Shown here piece by piece: positions 39,903 through 49,617 of a DNA stretch of 64,000 nucleotides. The translations under genes were made by a program, and so were the position numbers. The stretch is taken from positions 987-64,986 of the forward strand of contig JBCNVB010000011.1 of NCBI GenBank assembly GCA_039630415.1. Reading direction: 5' to 3'. The stretch is from a bacterium (lineage in GTDB: Bacteria > DRYD01). How positions within the stretch are numbered: position 1 is the first letter of the stretch; every line of letters begins with the position of its first letter. Under the pieces are notes generated by a model. The model did not search any database. It saw only the letters and a list, made by a program, of their open reading frames with translations, and was not told where the DNA came from.

Positions 39903-41111
39903 ATGTATAAAGTAGTATTATGGTTAGTATTATGTTTTTATTTGCTGACTTTTATTTTCTATTCTTCTTGTTCTACTAAGAACCAAAAGGAAGGAATAAT
40001 CTTTTGGTCTTGTTCGTTGAAACCTTACTTTACCAATTATATTGAGAATATCATTACGAACTTTGAAAAAATATATGGTATTGATGTTGAGTGGCAAGAC
40101 TATCCACTAGATTCAATATACCAGAAAATACTTTCTAGTTATGGTACTAATTTGTCTCCTGATGTAATAAATGTTAATCCGCAACTTGCATCGGGGTTAT
40201 ACAAGCAAAATATAGTTGTGGATATCTCTATCTATGACGGGGATATTCAAAGTAATTTTTACTCCAATCTGGTTGAAGGTTGTAGGATTAACCAAAAGTT
40301 GATAACTATACCCTGGTACTCTTCTACCAAGATGCTAGTGTATAATAAGAAGATATTCGATTTTTCTAGAATTCGAATGAAGGATTACAGAGATTTTTTA
40401 GAAGTAGTCAAGAGAATTAAAAAAGAAAAGGGTGTTTATGGATTTTATCCTTTCCTTAAATTTGAACAGGATATGTTAGGATTAGGATTGATAAATGATC
40501 CTAGATATCCGTTTAATGATCAGGTAGTCGAATTTTTTGAGCAACTTAGGAAAAATAAGGAGTATCTCCCTTCAGGGTTTTGGGTTTCTTCGGTTGAGTT
40601 TGCATACTCAATGTATAAAGAAGGCAAGGTAGCATCTATTCTGATAGGTCCGCAATTTTTATATAGAATTAAAAAAGAAGATCCTGAGTTGTATAAAAAC
40701 ACATCAGTAATGCTTTTCCCTTTTAAAGAATATCCAGTGACAGTTATGAGTTTGAGTATTGTAAATAACAAAAATCTAGAAAGAATAAAAAAGTCAATAA
40801 TTTTTATCAAATACCTTACTAATTTTTATAATCAAAATGAATTTTTCAAAATAGTTCCCATAGTACCGAGTGTAATTGGAAATTATACTGTCGAAGATTC
40901 AGATCCTTTAATAAAGCAGGTAAAACAGGAAATGCTAAAAATTTTTGATAAATCCAAAGTTTTTGACTTATACTTTTACAGTTATATTCCAGATCCATTA
41001 GTAAGGACTAACATAATAAAGAACTTTTTAAATGAAGTTTTCAGTACCAACAAGAGTATAGCAGACATTCAAATGAGGTATCAAAAGCTATGGAATAATA
41101 GTACAAGATAG
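39903..41111 (+). CDS. ABC-transporter extracellular solute-binding lipoprotein (family 1, sugar type); no permease or ATPase adjacent
   Basis: Signal peptide with lipobox FYSSC. IIFWSCSLKPYF...DVEWQDYPLDSIYQKILS...ITIPWYSSTKMLVYNKKIF is typical of the SBP_bac_1 layout. Confidence 0.7.
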   Translation: MYKVVLWLVLCFYLLTFIFYSSCSTKNQKEGIIFWSCSLKPYFTNYIENIITNFEKIYGIDVEWQDYPLDSIYQKILSSYGTNLSPDVINVNPQLASGLYKQNIVVDISIYDGDIQSNFYSNLVEGCRINQKLITIPWYSSTKMLVYNKKIFDFSRIRMKDYRDFLEVVKRIKKEKGVYGFYPFLKFEQDMLGLGLINDPRYPFNDQVVEFFEQLRKNKEYLPSGFWVSSVEFAYSMYKEGKVASILIGPQFLYRIKKEDPELYKNTSVMLFPFKEYPVTVMSLSIVNNKNLERIKKSIIFIKYLTNFYNQNEFFKIVPIVPSVIGNYTVEDSDPLIKQVKQEMLKIFDKSKVFDLYFYSYIPDPLVRTNIIKNFLNEVFSTNKSIADIQMRYQKLWNNSTR

Positions 41112-41175
41112 GATTTTGGGACCTTTGTGGTGAATATTCTTAATATGAGACAAAAATTTAGGGGGTGCAAAATTT

Positions 41176-41490
41176 ATGACAAAACTCCCAAGAATAAGAA
41201 TAAAGATGGTAAGCTGGGATTATGAATTACTTGACAAATCTATCAATAAAATAGTCGATATAGCTCTCGGAACCGGAGCAACTATATCAGGACCAGTATA
41301 CCTACCCGTAAAAAGAAAAGTATTCTGTATAACTAGATCCCCTCACGTAGATAAAAGATCAGGTGAACACTTTGAAATCAGAATACACAAAAGACTAGTA
41401 GACTTGGTAAACTATACCCCAAAAACGATAGAAGAAATAAAGAAAATGGATATACCAGCAGGAGTTGAAGTATTCATCAAAACCCTGTAA
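41176..41490 (+). CDS. rpsJ: 30S ribosomal protein S10
   Basis: RIRIKMVSWDYELLDKS...ISGPVYLPVKRKVFCITRSPHVDKRSGEHFEIRIHKRLVD, with SD GGGGGTG. Confidence 0.95.
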   Translation: MTKLPRIRIKMVSWDYELLDKSINKIVDIALGTGATISGPVYLPVKRKVFCITRSPHVDKRSGEHFEIRIHKRLVDLVNYTPKTIEEIKKMDIPAGVEVFIKTL

Positions 41491-41514
41491 ATCTATTCAT
41501 AAGGAGTGATAAAT

Positions 41515-42135
41515 ATGAAGCAAGCAAAAATAGGAATACTCGGAATAAAAGTAGGGATGACAGAAGTATACACTGACAAAGAACTGGTTCCAGTAACCGT
41601 AGTACAGGCTGGACCATGTAGAATCATCGATATAAAAAACCAAGATAAAGATGGTTACTGTGCTCTTAAAGTCGGTTTCATTAAAACAAAAAAAGTCAAC
41701 AAACCCATGACCGGAGTTTTTAAAAAAATTAATGAAAACTACAAAGTAGTAGCGGAAATAAGAATCAAAGAAGATGTAGTGTCGAACTACAAAGTAGGAG
41801 ACTTAATAGATGTATCAGTTTTAAGTAAAGGGGACATAGTTGATGTAACGGGGTATACAAAAGGAAGAGGTTTTAGTGGAATGATTAGAAGATGGAATGC
41901 TTCGAGAGGACCCATGTCTCACGGAAGCAAACATCACAGAAAACCAGGTAGCAATGCTACATCAAGGATAGGACCAACTAGACCAGGAAAAAGAAGACCC
42001 GGTAGATATGGAAATGAAAAAGTAACTATTAAAAATCTAAAAGTAATTGATGTTATACCTGAAAAAAATCTAATCCTAATAAAAGGTGGAATACCAGGTC
42101 CTAAAAATTCTTTAGTCAAAATTCTAAAAAATTAG
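41515..42135 (+). CDS. rplC: 50S ribosomal protein L3
   Basis: GILGIKVGMTEVY...GYTKGRGFSGMIRRWN. The ATG at 41515 follows the SD AAGGAG, so it is preferred over the GTG at 41506. Confidence 0.95.
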   Translation: MKQAKIGILGIKVGMTEVYTDKELVPVTVVQAGPCRIIDIKNQDKDGYCALKVGFIKTKKVNKPMTGVFKKINENYKVVAEIRIKEDVVSNYKVGDLIDVSVLSKGDIVDVTGYTKGRGFSGMIRRWNASRGPMSHGSKHHRKPGSNATSRIGPTRPGKRRPGRYGNEKVTIKNLKVIDVIPEKNLILIKGGIPGPKNSLVKILKN

Positions 42136-42166
42136 AATTCTAAAAAACTAGAAGAGGTGAAAAATA

Positions 42167-42856
42167 ATGATTAAAAAACTAGTAAAAGTTTACGAGGTAG
42201 ATACAAGTAATAACCTAAAAGAAGTAGAGCAAGTAGAAATAGATTTTTTAAGGGAACCTTCTTACCACCATCTTCATAGCCACTTGGTACTTCAATGGAG
42301 CAATAGAAGATTAGGTACTGCATCTACCAAAAGAAGAGGAGAGGTTAGAGGTGGGGGTAGAAAACCTTGGGCTCAAAAACATACAGGACGTGCCAGACAT
42401 GGAAGTATACGATCACCCCTATGGAGAAAAGGTGGAGTTGTTTTCGGACCTAAACCACGCTCCTGGAAAATTAAAATGAATAAAAAAGAAAGAAAACTCG
42501 CTCTATACTCTCTCGTTCTATCCAAAATAGATGATTTTGTGGTCCTTAAAAATTACACTATCGATCAACCAAAGACTAAAAAAATAGATCAGCTAATGCA
42601 AAGCATACAAAATCTTACCGGAAACATAAAAAAGGTAACTATAATGTACTCTGAAAAAGATCAAAATGTTCTAAATCTTATCAAGAGCTCTAGAAATCAT
42701 GAAAAAGTTAGGAAAATACTAAAAGCAAACAATCTCAACGTGGAAGACATACTCAGTGTAGATAAAGTAATAATGGATAAATCTTCCTTGCTAAAGATCA
42801 AAGAGCTTTTCATTGATTTTGTAAACAAGGGGGTAAACGAAAATGTTAAAACTTGA
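42167..42856 (+). CDS. rplD: 50S ribosomal protein L4
   Basis: [40 protein letters not shown]. Confidence 0.95.
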   Translation: MIKKLVKVYEVDTSNNLKEVEQVEIDFLREPSYHHLHSHLVLQWSNRRLGTASTKRRGEVRGGGRKPWAQKHTGRARHGSIRSPLWRKGGVVFGPKPRSWKIKMNKKERKLALYSLVLSKIDDFVVLKNYTIDQPKTKKIDQLMQSIQNLTGNIKKVTIMYSEKDQNVLNLIKSSRNHEKVRKILKANNLNVEDILSVDKVIMDKSSLLKIKELFIDFVNKGVNENVKT

Positions 42857-43154
42857 TCCTTACCAAATAATTATCTCTCCTATACTTACAGAAAAAGCTG
42901 TAAGACTTATCAAGCAGGGTAGATATGTATTCAAAGTTCATCCTAAAGCTTCTAAAACAGATATAAAACAAGCTATCGAAAAAATATTCGAAGTTAAGGT
43001 AGAAAAAGTTAATACAATAAACATACCAAGTAAAACAAAAAGCTACAGGTTTAGATACAAATATAACAGACCTTCCTACAAAAAAGCCATAGTAACTTTG
43101 AAACAAGGATTCAGAATAAATCAAATAGATTCTTCAATTGAAAAAGAAAGATAG
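42843..43154 (+). CDS. rplW: 50S ribosomal protein L23
   Basis: [48 protein letters not shown]. Overlaps rplD by 14 nt. Confidence 0.95.
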   Translation: MLKLDPYQIIISPILTEKAVRLIKQGRYVFKVHPKASKTDIKQAIEKIFEVKVEKVNTINIPSKTKSYRFRYKYNRPSYKKAIVTLKQGFRINQIDSSIEKER

Positions 43155-43168
43155 GAGAGTGAATAGAA

Positions 43169-43999
43169 ATGATAAAGAAAACTAACCCAACATCGCCAGG
43201 AAGGAGATTTACAACTTATCACGATTTTAAACAAATCCTAACAACAACTGAACCATATAAACCTTTAACTGTAATAAGAAAACCAAAGGCAGGTAGAAAT
43301 AATCAGGGTAAAGTAACTGTCAGGTTTAGATGTGGAGGACATAAAAGAAGAATAAGAATTATAGATTTTAAAAGAGACAAGGATAACATACCAGCTGTCG
43401 TGAAAACAATAGAGTATGATCCAAACAGAACTGCATGGATATCTCTTGTTGAATATGCAGATGGGGAAAAAAGGTACATTTTAGCACCTGAAGGGATTAA
43501 GGTAGGAGACACTATAATATCTGGTGAAGATGTGGAAATAAAAATCGGTAATTGTTTACCTTTAAGAAGTATTCCTGTGGGTACGTTCATCCATAACATA
43601 GAGTTGTATCCCGGAAGAGGGGGACAATTGGTTCGCTCCGCAGGTAGTGTAGCACAGTTAATAGGGAAAGAAGGAGATTATGCTATTGTTAGATTACCTT
43701 CAGGTGAAGTAAGAAAAATAAACCTAAAATGCAAAGCCACTATAGGTAGAGTATCTAATGCGGATCATTCTAACATAGTCATAGGAAAGGCTGGAAGAAA
43801 TATTCATAAAGGTTGGAGACCACATGTTAGAGGTAGTTGTATGAATGTAGTTGACCATCCACACGGCGGTGGAGAGGGTAGGACTCACCCGGGTAGACCC
43901 AGTGTGACTCCATGGGGTAAACCCACAGTCGGATACAAAACAAGATCTAAAAAGAAAACTTCTAATAAGTTCATTATATCAAGAAGGACAAAGAAATAG
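43169..43999 (+). CDS. rplB: 50S ribosomal protein L2
   Basis: [19 protein letters not shown]...[13 protein letters not shown]. Confidence 0.97.
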   Translation: MIKKTNPTSPGRRFTTYHDFKQILTTTEPYKPLTVIRKPKAGRNNQGKVTVRFRCGGHKRRIRIIDFKRDKDNIPAVVKTIEYDPNRTAWISLVEYADGEKRYILAPEGIKVGDTIISGEDVEIKIGNCLPLRSIPVGTFIHNIELYPGRGGQLVRSAGSVAQLIGKEGDYAIVRLPSGEVRKINLKCKATIGRVSNADHSNIVIGKAGRNIHKGWRPHVRGSCMNVVDHPHGGGEGRTHPGRPSVTPWGKPTVGYKTRSKKKTSNKFIISRRTKK

Positions 44000-44014
44000 A
44001 AGAGGTGTTGAGGT

Positions 44015-44296
44015 ATGGGTAGAAGTTCTAAGAAAGGACCCTATGTAGACCCAAAACTATACAAAAAAGTTCTTAAGGCAAAAGAAAAAGGAGAAAAAAC
44101 GATCAAAACCTGGTCTAGAAGAAGTACAATAATACCTGAAATGGTTGGACTAACTTTTCTGGTTCATAATGGCAAAGGACATGTACCAGTATATGTTACC
44201 GAACAGATGGTAAATCACAAGCTAGGGGAATTTGCTCCTACTAGAACGTTTAAAGGGCATCCGGATAAAAAGGCGGCTAAAGCAGCTAAAAAATAA
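44015..44296 (+). CDS. rpsS: 30S ribosomal protein S19
   Basis: [11 protein letters not shown]...[51 protein letters not shown]. Confidence 0.97.
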   Translation: MGRSSKKGPYVDPKLYKKVLKAKEKGEKTIKTWSRRSTIIPEMVGLTFLVHNGKGHVPVYVTEQMVNHKLGEFAPTRTFKGHPDKKAAKAAKK

Positions 44297-44322
44297 CACT
44301 AAATTTTGCGAGGAGGGGCAAT

Positions 44323-44871
44323 ATGTATCAATATGCTTTTAAAATACAATACAAAAAAACAGATCAAGATAAAGACTATCTTTCAGAAATAATAATGGCA
44401 AAGAGTTTGGATCAGGCCAAACAAATTGCTCATGAAAAATTTTGGAAAAATAAATGGAAAGAATTTAAAGTCGATTTTTTAAGATTTAATGCTTTTGCAA
44501 GATATTTAAGAACTTCCTACAAAAAATTAATGCCTATACTTAATTTGCTGAGAGGAAAAAATCTTGATGAAGCTATAGGTATAGTTGCTTTTATACCTCA
44601 GAAAGCTGCAAGAATGGTAGAAAAATTACTCCTATCTGTCAAGGCTAACATAGAGTACTTATCTGACAGATACCCTAATCTTAACATAAATAACTTTTTT
44701 ATTTTGGAACTGTTTGTAACAAAGGGACCTTTTATCAAAAGATGGGATGCCAAATTTAGAGGAATGGCTACAAGAATACTTAAACCAACTTCACACTTAA
44801 CAGTCAGAGTAGGTTACAGAGAAAAAATAAAAAAAGACAAAAAGGAAAAGAAAGAAGTAGCTAGGAGGTAA
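44323..44871 (+). CDS. rplV: 50S ribosomal protein L22 with a ~55-aa N-terminal extension and a Lys-rich tail
   Basis: The L22 core starts near ARYLRTSYKKLMPILNLLRGKNLDEAIGIVAFIPQKAA...TRILKPTSHLTVRV. A strong SD GAGGAGGGG precedes the ATG at 44323. Confidence 0.9.
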   Translation: MYQYAFKIQYKKTDQDKDYLSEIIMAKSLDQAKQIAHEKFWKNKWKEFKVDFLRFNAFARYLRTSYKKLMPILNLLRGKNLDEAIGIVAFIPQKAARMVEKLLLSVKANIEYLSDRYPNLNINNFFILELFVTKGPFIKRWDAKFRGMATRILKPTSHLTVRVGYREKIKKDKKEKKEVARR

Positions 44872-44875
44872 AATT

Positions 44876-45649
44876 ATGGGTCAAAAGGTACATCCAAAAT
44901 CCCTAAGACTCGGGATTAACAAATATTGGGATAGTGTATGGTTTTTCCCAAGAAAAAGAGACTATCAAGAAGCTCTTATTGAAGATCATAGAATCAGAAA
45001 GTTTATATTTAAAGAGGTAAGAAAAAGTATTATACAAAGGATGGGTATAAAAGTGAAGGAGGGGAGTGCTAAGTTCAAAGATCCAAATCCTGCTTCCATA
45101 GAAAAAATAGTCATTAAACGACAAGCTAATAGTATTCATATTATCATTCATACTGCAAAACCCGCAGTTGTTATAGGTAAAAAAGGAGCTGAAATTGAAA
45201 ATCTAAAATCAAAACTACAAAAAGAATTTGGAAAACAAGATATTAATGTTGAAGTAAAAGAAGTAGAGTACCCAGATATGAGTGCAAAACTAGTGGCTCA
45301 TTCTATAGCTAGACAGCTGGAGCAAAGAGTTAGTTTTAGAAGAGCAATGAGAGCTGCAGCTATAAGAGTCATGAGAGTTGGTGCTCAAGGAGTAAGAATT
45401 GAAGTTTCTGGTAGGCTTGATGGAGCAGAACTTGCTAGAACTGAAAGAATTATTCTCGGTAAAGTACCACTACAAACCCTTATGGCTGACATAGATTATG
45501 CTCTTGATGAAGCACTAACCAAATGGGGAGTAATTGGTGTTAAAGTATGGATATATAAGGGACTTACTTTCAAAGACGAGGAAACTAAAAAGCAATTTGA
45601 AGTTCTAGAAAAATTAAAACTTGCAACAATGCCAAAGGAATTGGTATGA
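44876..45649 (+). CDS. rpsC: 30S ribosomal protein S3
   Basis: MGQKVHPKSLRLGI...KH domain...RRAMRAAAIRVMRVGAQGVRIEVSGRLDGAELARTE. Confidence 0.97.
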   Translation: MGQKVHPKSLRLGINKYWDSVWFFPRKRDYQEALIEDHRIRKFIFKEVRKSIIQRMGIKVKEGSAKFKDPNPASIEKIVIKRQANSIHIIIHTAKPAVVIGKKGAEIENLKSKLQKEFGKQDINVEVKEVEYPDMSAKLVAHSIARQLEQRVSFRRAMRAAAIRVMRVGAQGVRIEVSGRLDGAELARTERIILGKVPLQTLMADIDYALDEALTKWGVIGVKVWIYKGLTFKDEETKKQFEVLEKLKLATMPKELV

Positions 45650-45674
45650 TCTTTTATTAGAGAGGTGAATAAAA

Positions 45675-46085
45675 ATGTTAGCACCTAAAAAAACTAAGTA
45701 CAGAAAGACACAAAGAGGAAGAATGAAAAGAAAGGCTACCAAATGTAATAGAGTACTATTTGGAGATTTTGGATTACAAGCTTTGGAACCAGGATGGATA
45801 ACTGCTAATCAAATAGAAGCTGCAAGAGTAGTTATATCAAGAAATCTTAAAAAAGGGGGAAAGATTTGGATAAGGATTTTTCCTCACAAAAGTGTTACAA
45901 AAAAACCAGCGGAAACCAGAATGGGAGGAGGAAAAGGAGACGTAGATAAATACGTAGCTGTAGTAAAGCCAGGAACAGTAATGTTTGAAGTAACAGGACT
46001 AAAAGAAGACCAAGCACACGAAATACTAAAGCAAGCATCCTACAAATTACCTATCAAAGCCAGAGTCATATCCAAAAACGTATAA
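45675..46085 (+). CDS. rplP: 50S ribosomal protein L16
   Basis: [17 protein letters not shown]...[22 protein letters not shown]. Confidence 0.97.
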   Translation: MLAPKKTKYRKTQRGRMKRKATKCNRVLFGDFGLQALEPGWITANQIEAARVVISRNLKKGGKIWIRIFPHKSVTKKPAETRMGGGKGDVDKYVAVVKPGTVMFEVTGLKEDQAHEILKQASYKLPIKARVISKNV

Positions 46086-46107
46086 AATACCCAGGGGGGA
46101 TAAAGCT

Positions 46108-46326
46108 ATGAAGTCTAGAAAAGAACTAGAGATGCTCAGAACTATGAGTTACAGCGACTTACTAAAAGAACTCAAAAACACCAAAAAACAACTATTCGAA
46201 AATAAAACTAAAACAATTCTAACCGGAGAAATAAAACCTCATCTAATGTCTAACTTAAGAAAAAAAATAGCTCGAATAAAATACCTTATGTCTACTAAAA
46301 GGAGTGAGAATAATGAGAAAAAATAG
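46108..46326 (+). CDS. rpmC: 50S ribosomal protein L29
   Basis: The position between L16 and S17, and [22 protein letters not shown]...[12 protein letters not shown]. Confidence 0.9.
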   Translation: MKSRKELEMLRTMSYSDLLKELKNTKKQLFENKTKTILTGEIKPHLMSNLRKKIARIKYLMSTKRSENNEKK

Positions 46327-46570
46327 AAAAAAACTAGTCGGAGTTGTCGTCAGTGATAGAATGGATAAAACTGTAGTAGTAAAAGTTGAAACAAAGAAGA
46401 TTCATCCAAAATATAAAAAAATAATAAAGACTTTCAAAAAGTACTATGCTCACAATGAGGATAATCAAGCGCAAGAGGGAGATAAGGTAATGATAATGGA
46501 ATCAAGACCTTTAAGTAAACTTAAAAGATGGGTGGTAATAAAGATTTTAGAAAAAGCTCAGAAAGCATAA
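46313..46570 (+). CDS. rpsQ: 30S ribosomal protein S17
   Basis: [42 protein letters not shown]...[14 protein letters not shown]. The ATG at 46313 lies 8 nt after the SD AAAGGAG, so it is preferred over the GTG at 46304. Overlaps rpmC. Confidence 0.93.
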   Translation: MRKNRKKLVGVVVSDRMDKTVVVKVETKKIHPKYKKIIKTFKKYYAHNEDNQAQEGDKVMIMESRPLSKLKRWVVIKILEKAQKA

Positions 46571-46585
46571 AGGAGATGAGAAATT

Positions 46586-46954
46586 ATGCTTCCTCGAATG
46601 GCTAAATTAACAGTAGCTGATAACTCAGGAGCTAAAAAGGTTCAGCTAATAGGTAACTATCAAGCTTCTCAAAAGAGATATTGCTACATTGGAGATGTAG
46701 TAAAAGTAACAGTTAAGGAAGCTATACCTAATTCCAACATAGAAAAAGGTGATGTGGTTAAAGCTGTTATAGTAAGAACCACAAGAAAGTACAGGAGGCC
46801 AGACGGTAGCTACGTAAAGTTTGATAATAATGCTGTGGTAATAATCGATGATCAAGGAAATCCAAAAGGAACCAGAATATTTGGACCTATTCCTAGAGAA
46901 TTAAAAGATAAAGGATTCGCTAAAATACTATCTTTGGCAACTGAAGTAGTATAA
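46586..46954 (+). CDS. rplN: 50S ribosomal protein L14
   Basis: LTVADNSGAKKVQLI...RIFGPIPRELKDKGFAKILSLATEVV. Confidence 0.97.
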   Translation: MLPRMAKLTVADNSGAKKVQLIGNYQASQKRYCYIGDVVKVTVKEAIPNSNIEKGDVVKAVIVRTTRKYRRPDGSYVKFDNNAVVIIDDQGNPKGTRIFGPIPRELKDKGFAKILSLATEVV

Positions 46955-46974
46955 ACAACCACGAGGTGATTGTA

Positions 46975-47295
46975 ATGAAAATAAAAAAAGGTGATAAAGT
47001 AATAGTTATGAGTGGAAAATATAAAGGTGAGATTGGAAAGGTAATCAAGGTTATTAAAGACAAAGCAGTAGTTCAGGGAATAAATAGAGTTAAAAAACAC
47101 GTGAAATCTCCAAATCAAGAACAAAAAAAACCAGTAATAGTGCAAATAGAAAAACCAATTCATATATCAAACCTAATGCTTATAGATGCAACAGATAACA
47201 AGCCTACCAAAGTGGGATTTAAATATATTCAAAAGGAAGGTAAAAAGATAAAAATAAGAATTTCAAAAAGAACAAAGCAAGAGATAAAACAATAG
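46975..47295 (+). CDS. rplX: 50S ribosomal protein L24
   Basis: MKIKKGDKVIVMSGKYKGEIGKVIKV (KOW motif). The ATG at 46975 follows the SD GAGGTG, so it is preferred over the GTG at 46966. Confidence 0.93.
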   Translation: MKIKKGDKVIVMSGKYKGEIGKVIKVIKDKAVVQGINRVKKHVKSPNQEQKKPVIVQIEKPIHISNLMLIDATDNKPTKVGFKYIQKEGKKIKIRISKRTKQEIKQ

Positions 47296-47297
47296 AT

Positions 47298-47335
47298 TTC
47301 CGCTTGCCGAGAATGCGGAATATAAATCTCGGCAA
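47298..47335 (+). promoter_or_regulatory. GC-rich structured element (two interleaved stems) in the rplX-rplE spacer
   Basis: Stem A: TTCCGC (47298-47303) pairs with GCGGAA (47315-47320). Stem B: TTGCCGAGA (47304-47312) pairs with TCTCGGCAA (47327-47335). The arms interleave. The element ends 10 nt before the rplE ATG, which has no SD. Confidence 0.5.
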
Positions 47336-47345
47336 ATAAAAAACT

Positions 47346-47906
47346 ATGCTAAAAGTAAGTGAACTAAGGCTATATCAAAAATATAAACAAACAGTTATAC
47401 CAGAATTAATAAAAATTTTTGGATACAAAAATATAATGCAGGTACCTAAAATAGAGAAAATAGTTGTAAATATGGGAGTAGGTGATGCAACTCAAAACCA
47501 GGATATAATCAAAAAAGTATACAGACAACTATCTATTATTACAGGTCAAGCACCCGTAGTTATCAAAGCTAAAAAATCTATCTCAAATTTCAAACTTAGG
47601 AAAGGTATGAATATTGGGTTAAAAGTTACTCTCAGGAAGCAAAAAATGTGGGCTTTCCTCGATAAACTAATATCAATCGTCCTACCTAGAATAAGGGACT
47701 TCAAGGGTGTAAGTAATACCTCTTTTGATGGAAGAGGTAACTATAACTTGGGTATAAAGGAACAAATAATATTTCCTGAACTATCTTATGACGATATAGA
47801 CAAAATAAGAGGTTTGGATATTAACATAACAACAACAGCTAAAACAGATAAAGAAGCCTATGAGCTTCTTAGATTACTTGGAATGCCATTTAGAAAAGGA
47901 GGATAA
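47346..47906 (+). CDS. rplE: 50S ribosomal protein L5
   Basis: [40 protein letters not shown]...[19 protein letters not shown]. Confidence 0.97.
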   Translation: MLKVSELRLYQKYKQTVIPELIKIFGYKNIMQVPKIEKIVVNMGVGDATQNQDIIKKVYRQLSIITGQAPVVIKAKKSISNFKLRKGMNIGLKVTLRKQKMWAFLDKLISIVLPRIRDFKGVSNTSFDGRGNYNLGIKEQIIFPELSYDDIDKIRGLDINITTTAKTDKEAYELLRLLGMPFRKGG

Positions 47907-47909
47907 CGT

Positions 47910-48095
47910 ATGCCAAGAAAAGCCCAAATAGAAAAATGGAAAAGAACTCCTAAATATCAAGTAAGATTTAGAAATAGGTGCAAGGTATGTGGTAGACCAA
48001 GAGGATATTTTAGAATGTTCGGAATTTGTAGAATGTGTTTAAGAAAAATGGCTTATGAAGGACTTATACCAGGTCTAAGAAAAGCAAGCTGGTAA
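47910..48095 (+). CDS. rpsN: 30S ribosomal protein S14, type Z (zinc-binding)
   Basis: 61 aa, with [20 protein letters not shown] (CxxC...CxxC). Confidence 0.95.
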   Translation: MPRKAQIEKWKRTPKYQVRFRNRCKVCGRPRGYFRMFGICRMCLRKMAYEGLIPGLRKASW

Positions 48096-48114
48096 GTTAA
48101 GTGAGGTGAAATCC

Positions 48115-48510
48115 ATGCTAACAGACCCAATCGCTGATATGTTTGCAAGAATAAAAAACGCTATCAATAGAAAACATGAAACCGTCAAAATACCAGGATC
48201 TAAATTCAAAAAATCTATACTCGAACTACTCAAAAAAGAAGGATATATAGCCGACTTTCAAATAGAACCAGTTAACAACTATTCATATAACTTCATCGTA
48301 AAACTCAAATACGTAAAAGGTAATCCAGTGATAAATGACATAATAAAAGTAAGCAAGCCTGGAAGAAGAATATATAGATCTTATGATCAAATACCCAAGG
48401 TACTATCTGGAATGGGATTAACTATACTTTCTACTTCTAAAGGAGTTATTTCTCATCGAGAAGCAATTAAGAACAAAATAGGAGGAGAAATAATAGCTTT
48501 TGTTTACTAA
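48115..48510 (+). CDS. rpsH: 30S ribosomal protein S8
   Basis: MLTDPIADMFARIKNA...GLTILSTSKGVISHREA. The ATG at 48115 follows the SD GAGGTG. Confidence 0.95.
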   Translation: MLTDPIADMFARIKNAINRKHETVKIPGSKFKKSILELLKKEGYIADFQIEPVNNYSYNFIVKLKYVKGNPVINDIIKVSKPGRRIYRSYDQIPKVLSGMGLTILSTSKGVISHREAIKNKIGGEIIAFVY

Positions 48511-48524
48511 GGAGGAGAAATACT

Positions 48525-49088
48525 ATGTCTAAATTGATAAAAAAACCAATAATCATACCAAAAAATACCAAAGTAGAAATAAGCCAAGGAATGGTAACTG
48601 TTTCAGGACCTAGGGGAAACATATCAAAAAAATTTGATACAGAACTGATTGACATAAAAGTACAAAATGATCAGGTATGGATAATACCAAAAATGCAAAA
48701 ATCTAAGCGAATAAATAGATTTATAAAAAAACTTGCTGGAACCTATTGGAGCATAATTAACTCCATGTTCAAAGGAGTAAACGATGGATTTACCAAAACT
48801 TTACAAATTGTGGGATTAGGATGGAAGGCTAATCAAAAAGGTGATGGAGTAGAACTACTTGTTGGTTACTCCCATCCAGTTGTGTTCTATCCGCCAAAAG
48901 GTATAACTATTAAAGTAGAAGATCCTCAAAAAATAGTGGTATCAGGAATAGATAAAGAGTTAGTTGGACAAGTTGCGGCTAATATAAGAAAAATTAGAAA
49001 ACCAGATAGCTATAAAGGAAAGGGTATAAGATATGCAGATGAAAAACTGACTCTCAAAGAAAGTAAGAAAGGAACAAAGGGTAGGTAG
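48525..49088 (+). CDS. rplF: 50S ribosomal protein L6
   Basis: SKLIKKPIIIPKNTKVEISQGMVTVSGPRGNISKKF...VGYSHPVVFYPPKGI...PDSYKGKGIRY. Confidence 0.95.
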   Translation: MSKLIKKPIIIPKNTKVEISQGMVTVSGPRGNISKKFDTELIDIKVQNDQVWIIPKMQKSKRINRFIKKLAGTYWSIINSMFKGVNDGFTKTLQIVGLGWKANQKGDGVELLVGYSHPVVFYPPKGITIKVEDPQKIVVSGIDKELVGQVAANIRKIRKPDSYKGKGIRYADEKLTLKESKKGTKGR

Positions 49089-49094
49089 GTTAGC

Positions 49095-49211
49095 ATGAAA
49101 GTAAGAGCATCAGTTAAAAAAATATGTGCTTACTGCAAAGTAATTAAAAGAAAAGGAAAAGTTAGAGTAGTTTGTTCTAAATACAAAAAACACAAACAAG
49201 TACAGGGATAA
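49095..49211 (+). CDS. rpmJ: 50S ribosomal protein L36 (not in the ORF track)
   Basis: Translating 49095-49211 gives [38 protein letters not shown], a canonical 38-aa L36 with a CxxC...C...H zinc ribbon. Confidence 0.9.
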   Translation: MKVRASVKKICAYCKVIKRKGKVRVVCSKYKKHKQVQG

Positions 49212-49227
49212 AAGAAGGTGAAATGAT

Positions 49228-49599
49228 ATGCCCAGAATAGCAGGAGTTAACATACCCGAAAATAAACAATTGTGGATATCACTGCGCTACATATACGGTA
49301 TAGGTCCTACAAGAGCAATGGAAATCCTAAAAAATACAAATATAAATCCTTATAAAAAAGCAAAAGACCTTACACCCGAGGAAATATCTAAAATACAAAA
49401 ATACATAGAAGATAATTATATCGTTGAGGGAGATTTAAGAAGACAAATAAATCAAAATATCAGAGAGCTAATAGAAATAAGATGCTATAGAGGAATAAGG
49501 CATCAAAAAGGTCTTCCTGTTAGAGGACAAAGAACAAGAACTAATGCCAGAACTAGAAAAGGACCTAGACAAAACAGAATAGGAACAAGGAAAAAATAA
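49228..49599 (+). CDS. rpsM: 30S ribosomal protein S13
   Basis: [30 protein letters not shown]...[28 protein letters not shown]. Confidence 0.97.
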   Translation: MPRIAGVNIPENKQLWISLRYIYGIGPTRAMEILKNTNINPYKKAKDLTPEEISKIQKYIEDNYIVEGDLRRQINQNIRELIEIRCYRGIRHQKGLPVRGQRTRTNARTRKGPRQNRIGTRKK

Positions 49600-49617
49600 T
49601 CCCAATCAATATCTTCT

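Noticed and set aside
47298-47335. The two interleaved stems might form a classical H-type pseudoknot.
   Set aside because: The 5' arm of stem B follows the 5' arm of stem A with zero linker nucleotides. A 0-nt loop 1 spanning a 9-bp stem is sterically implausible, so I report the stems as alternative hairpins or an unresolved structure rather than asserting a pseudoknot.
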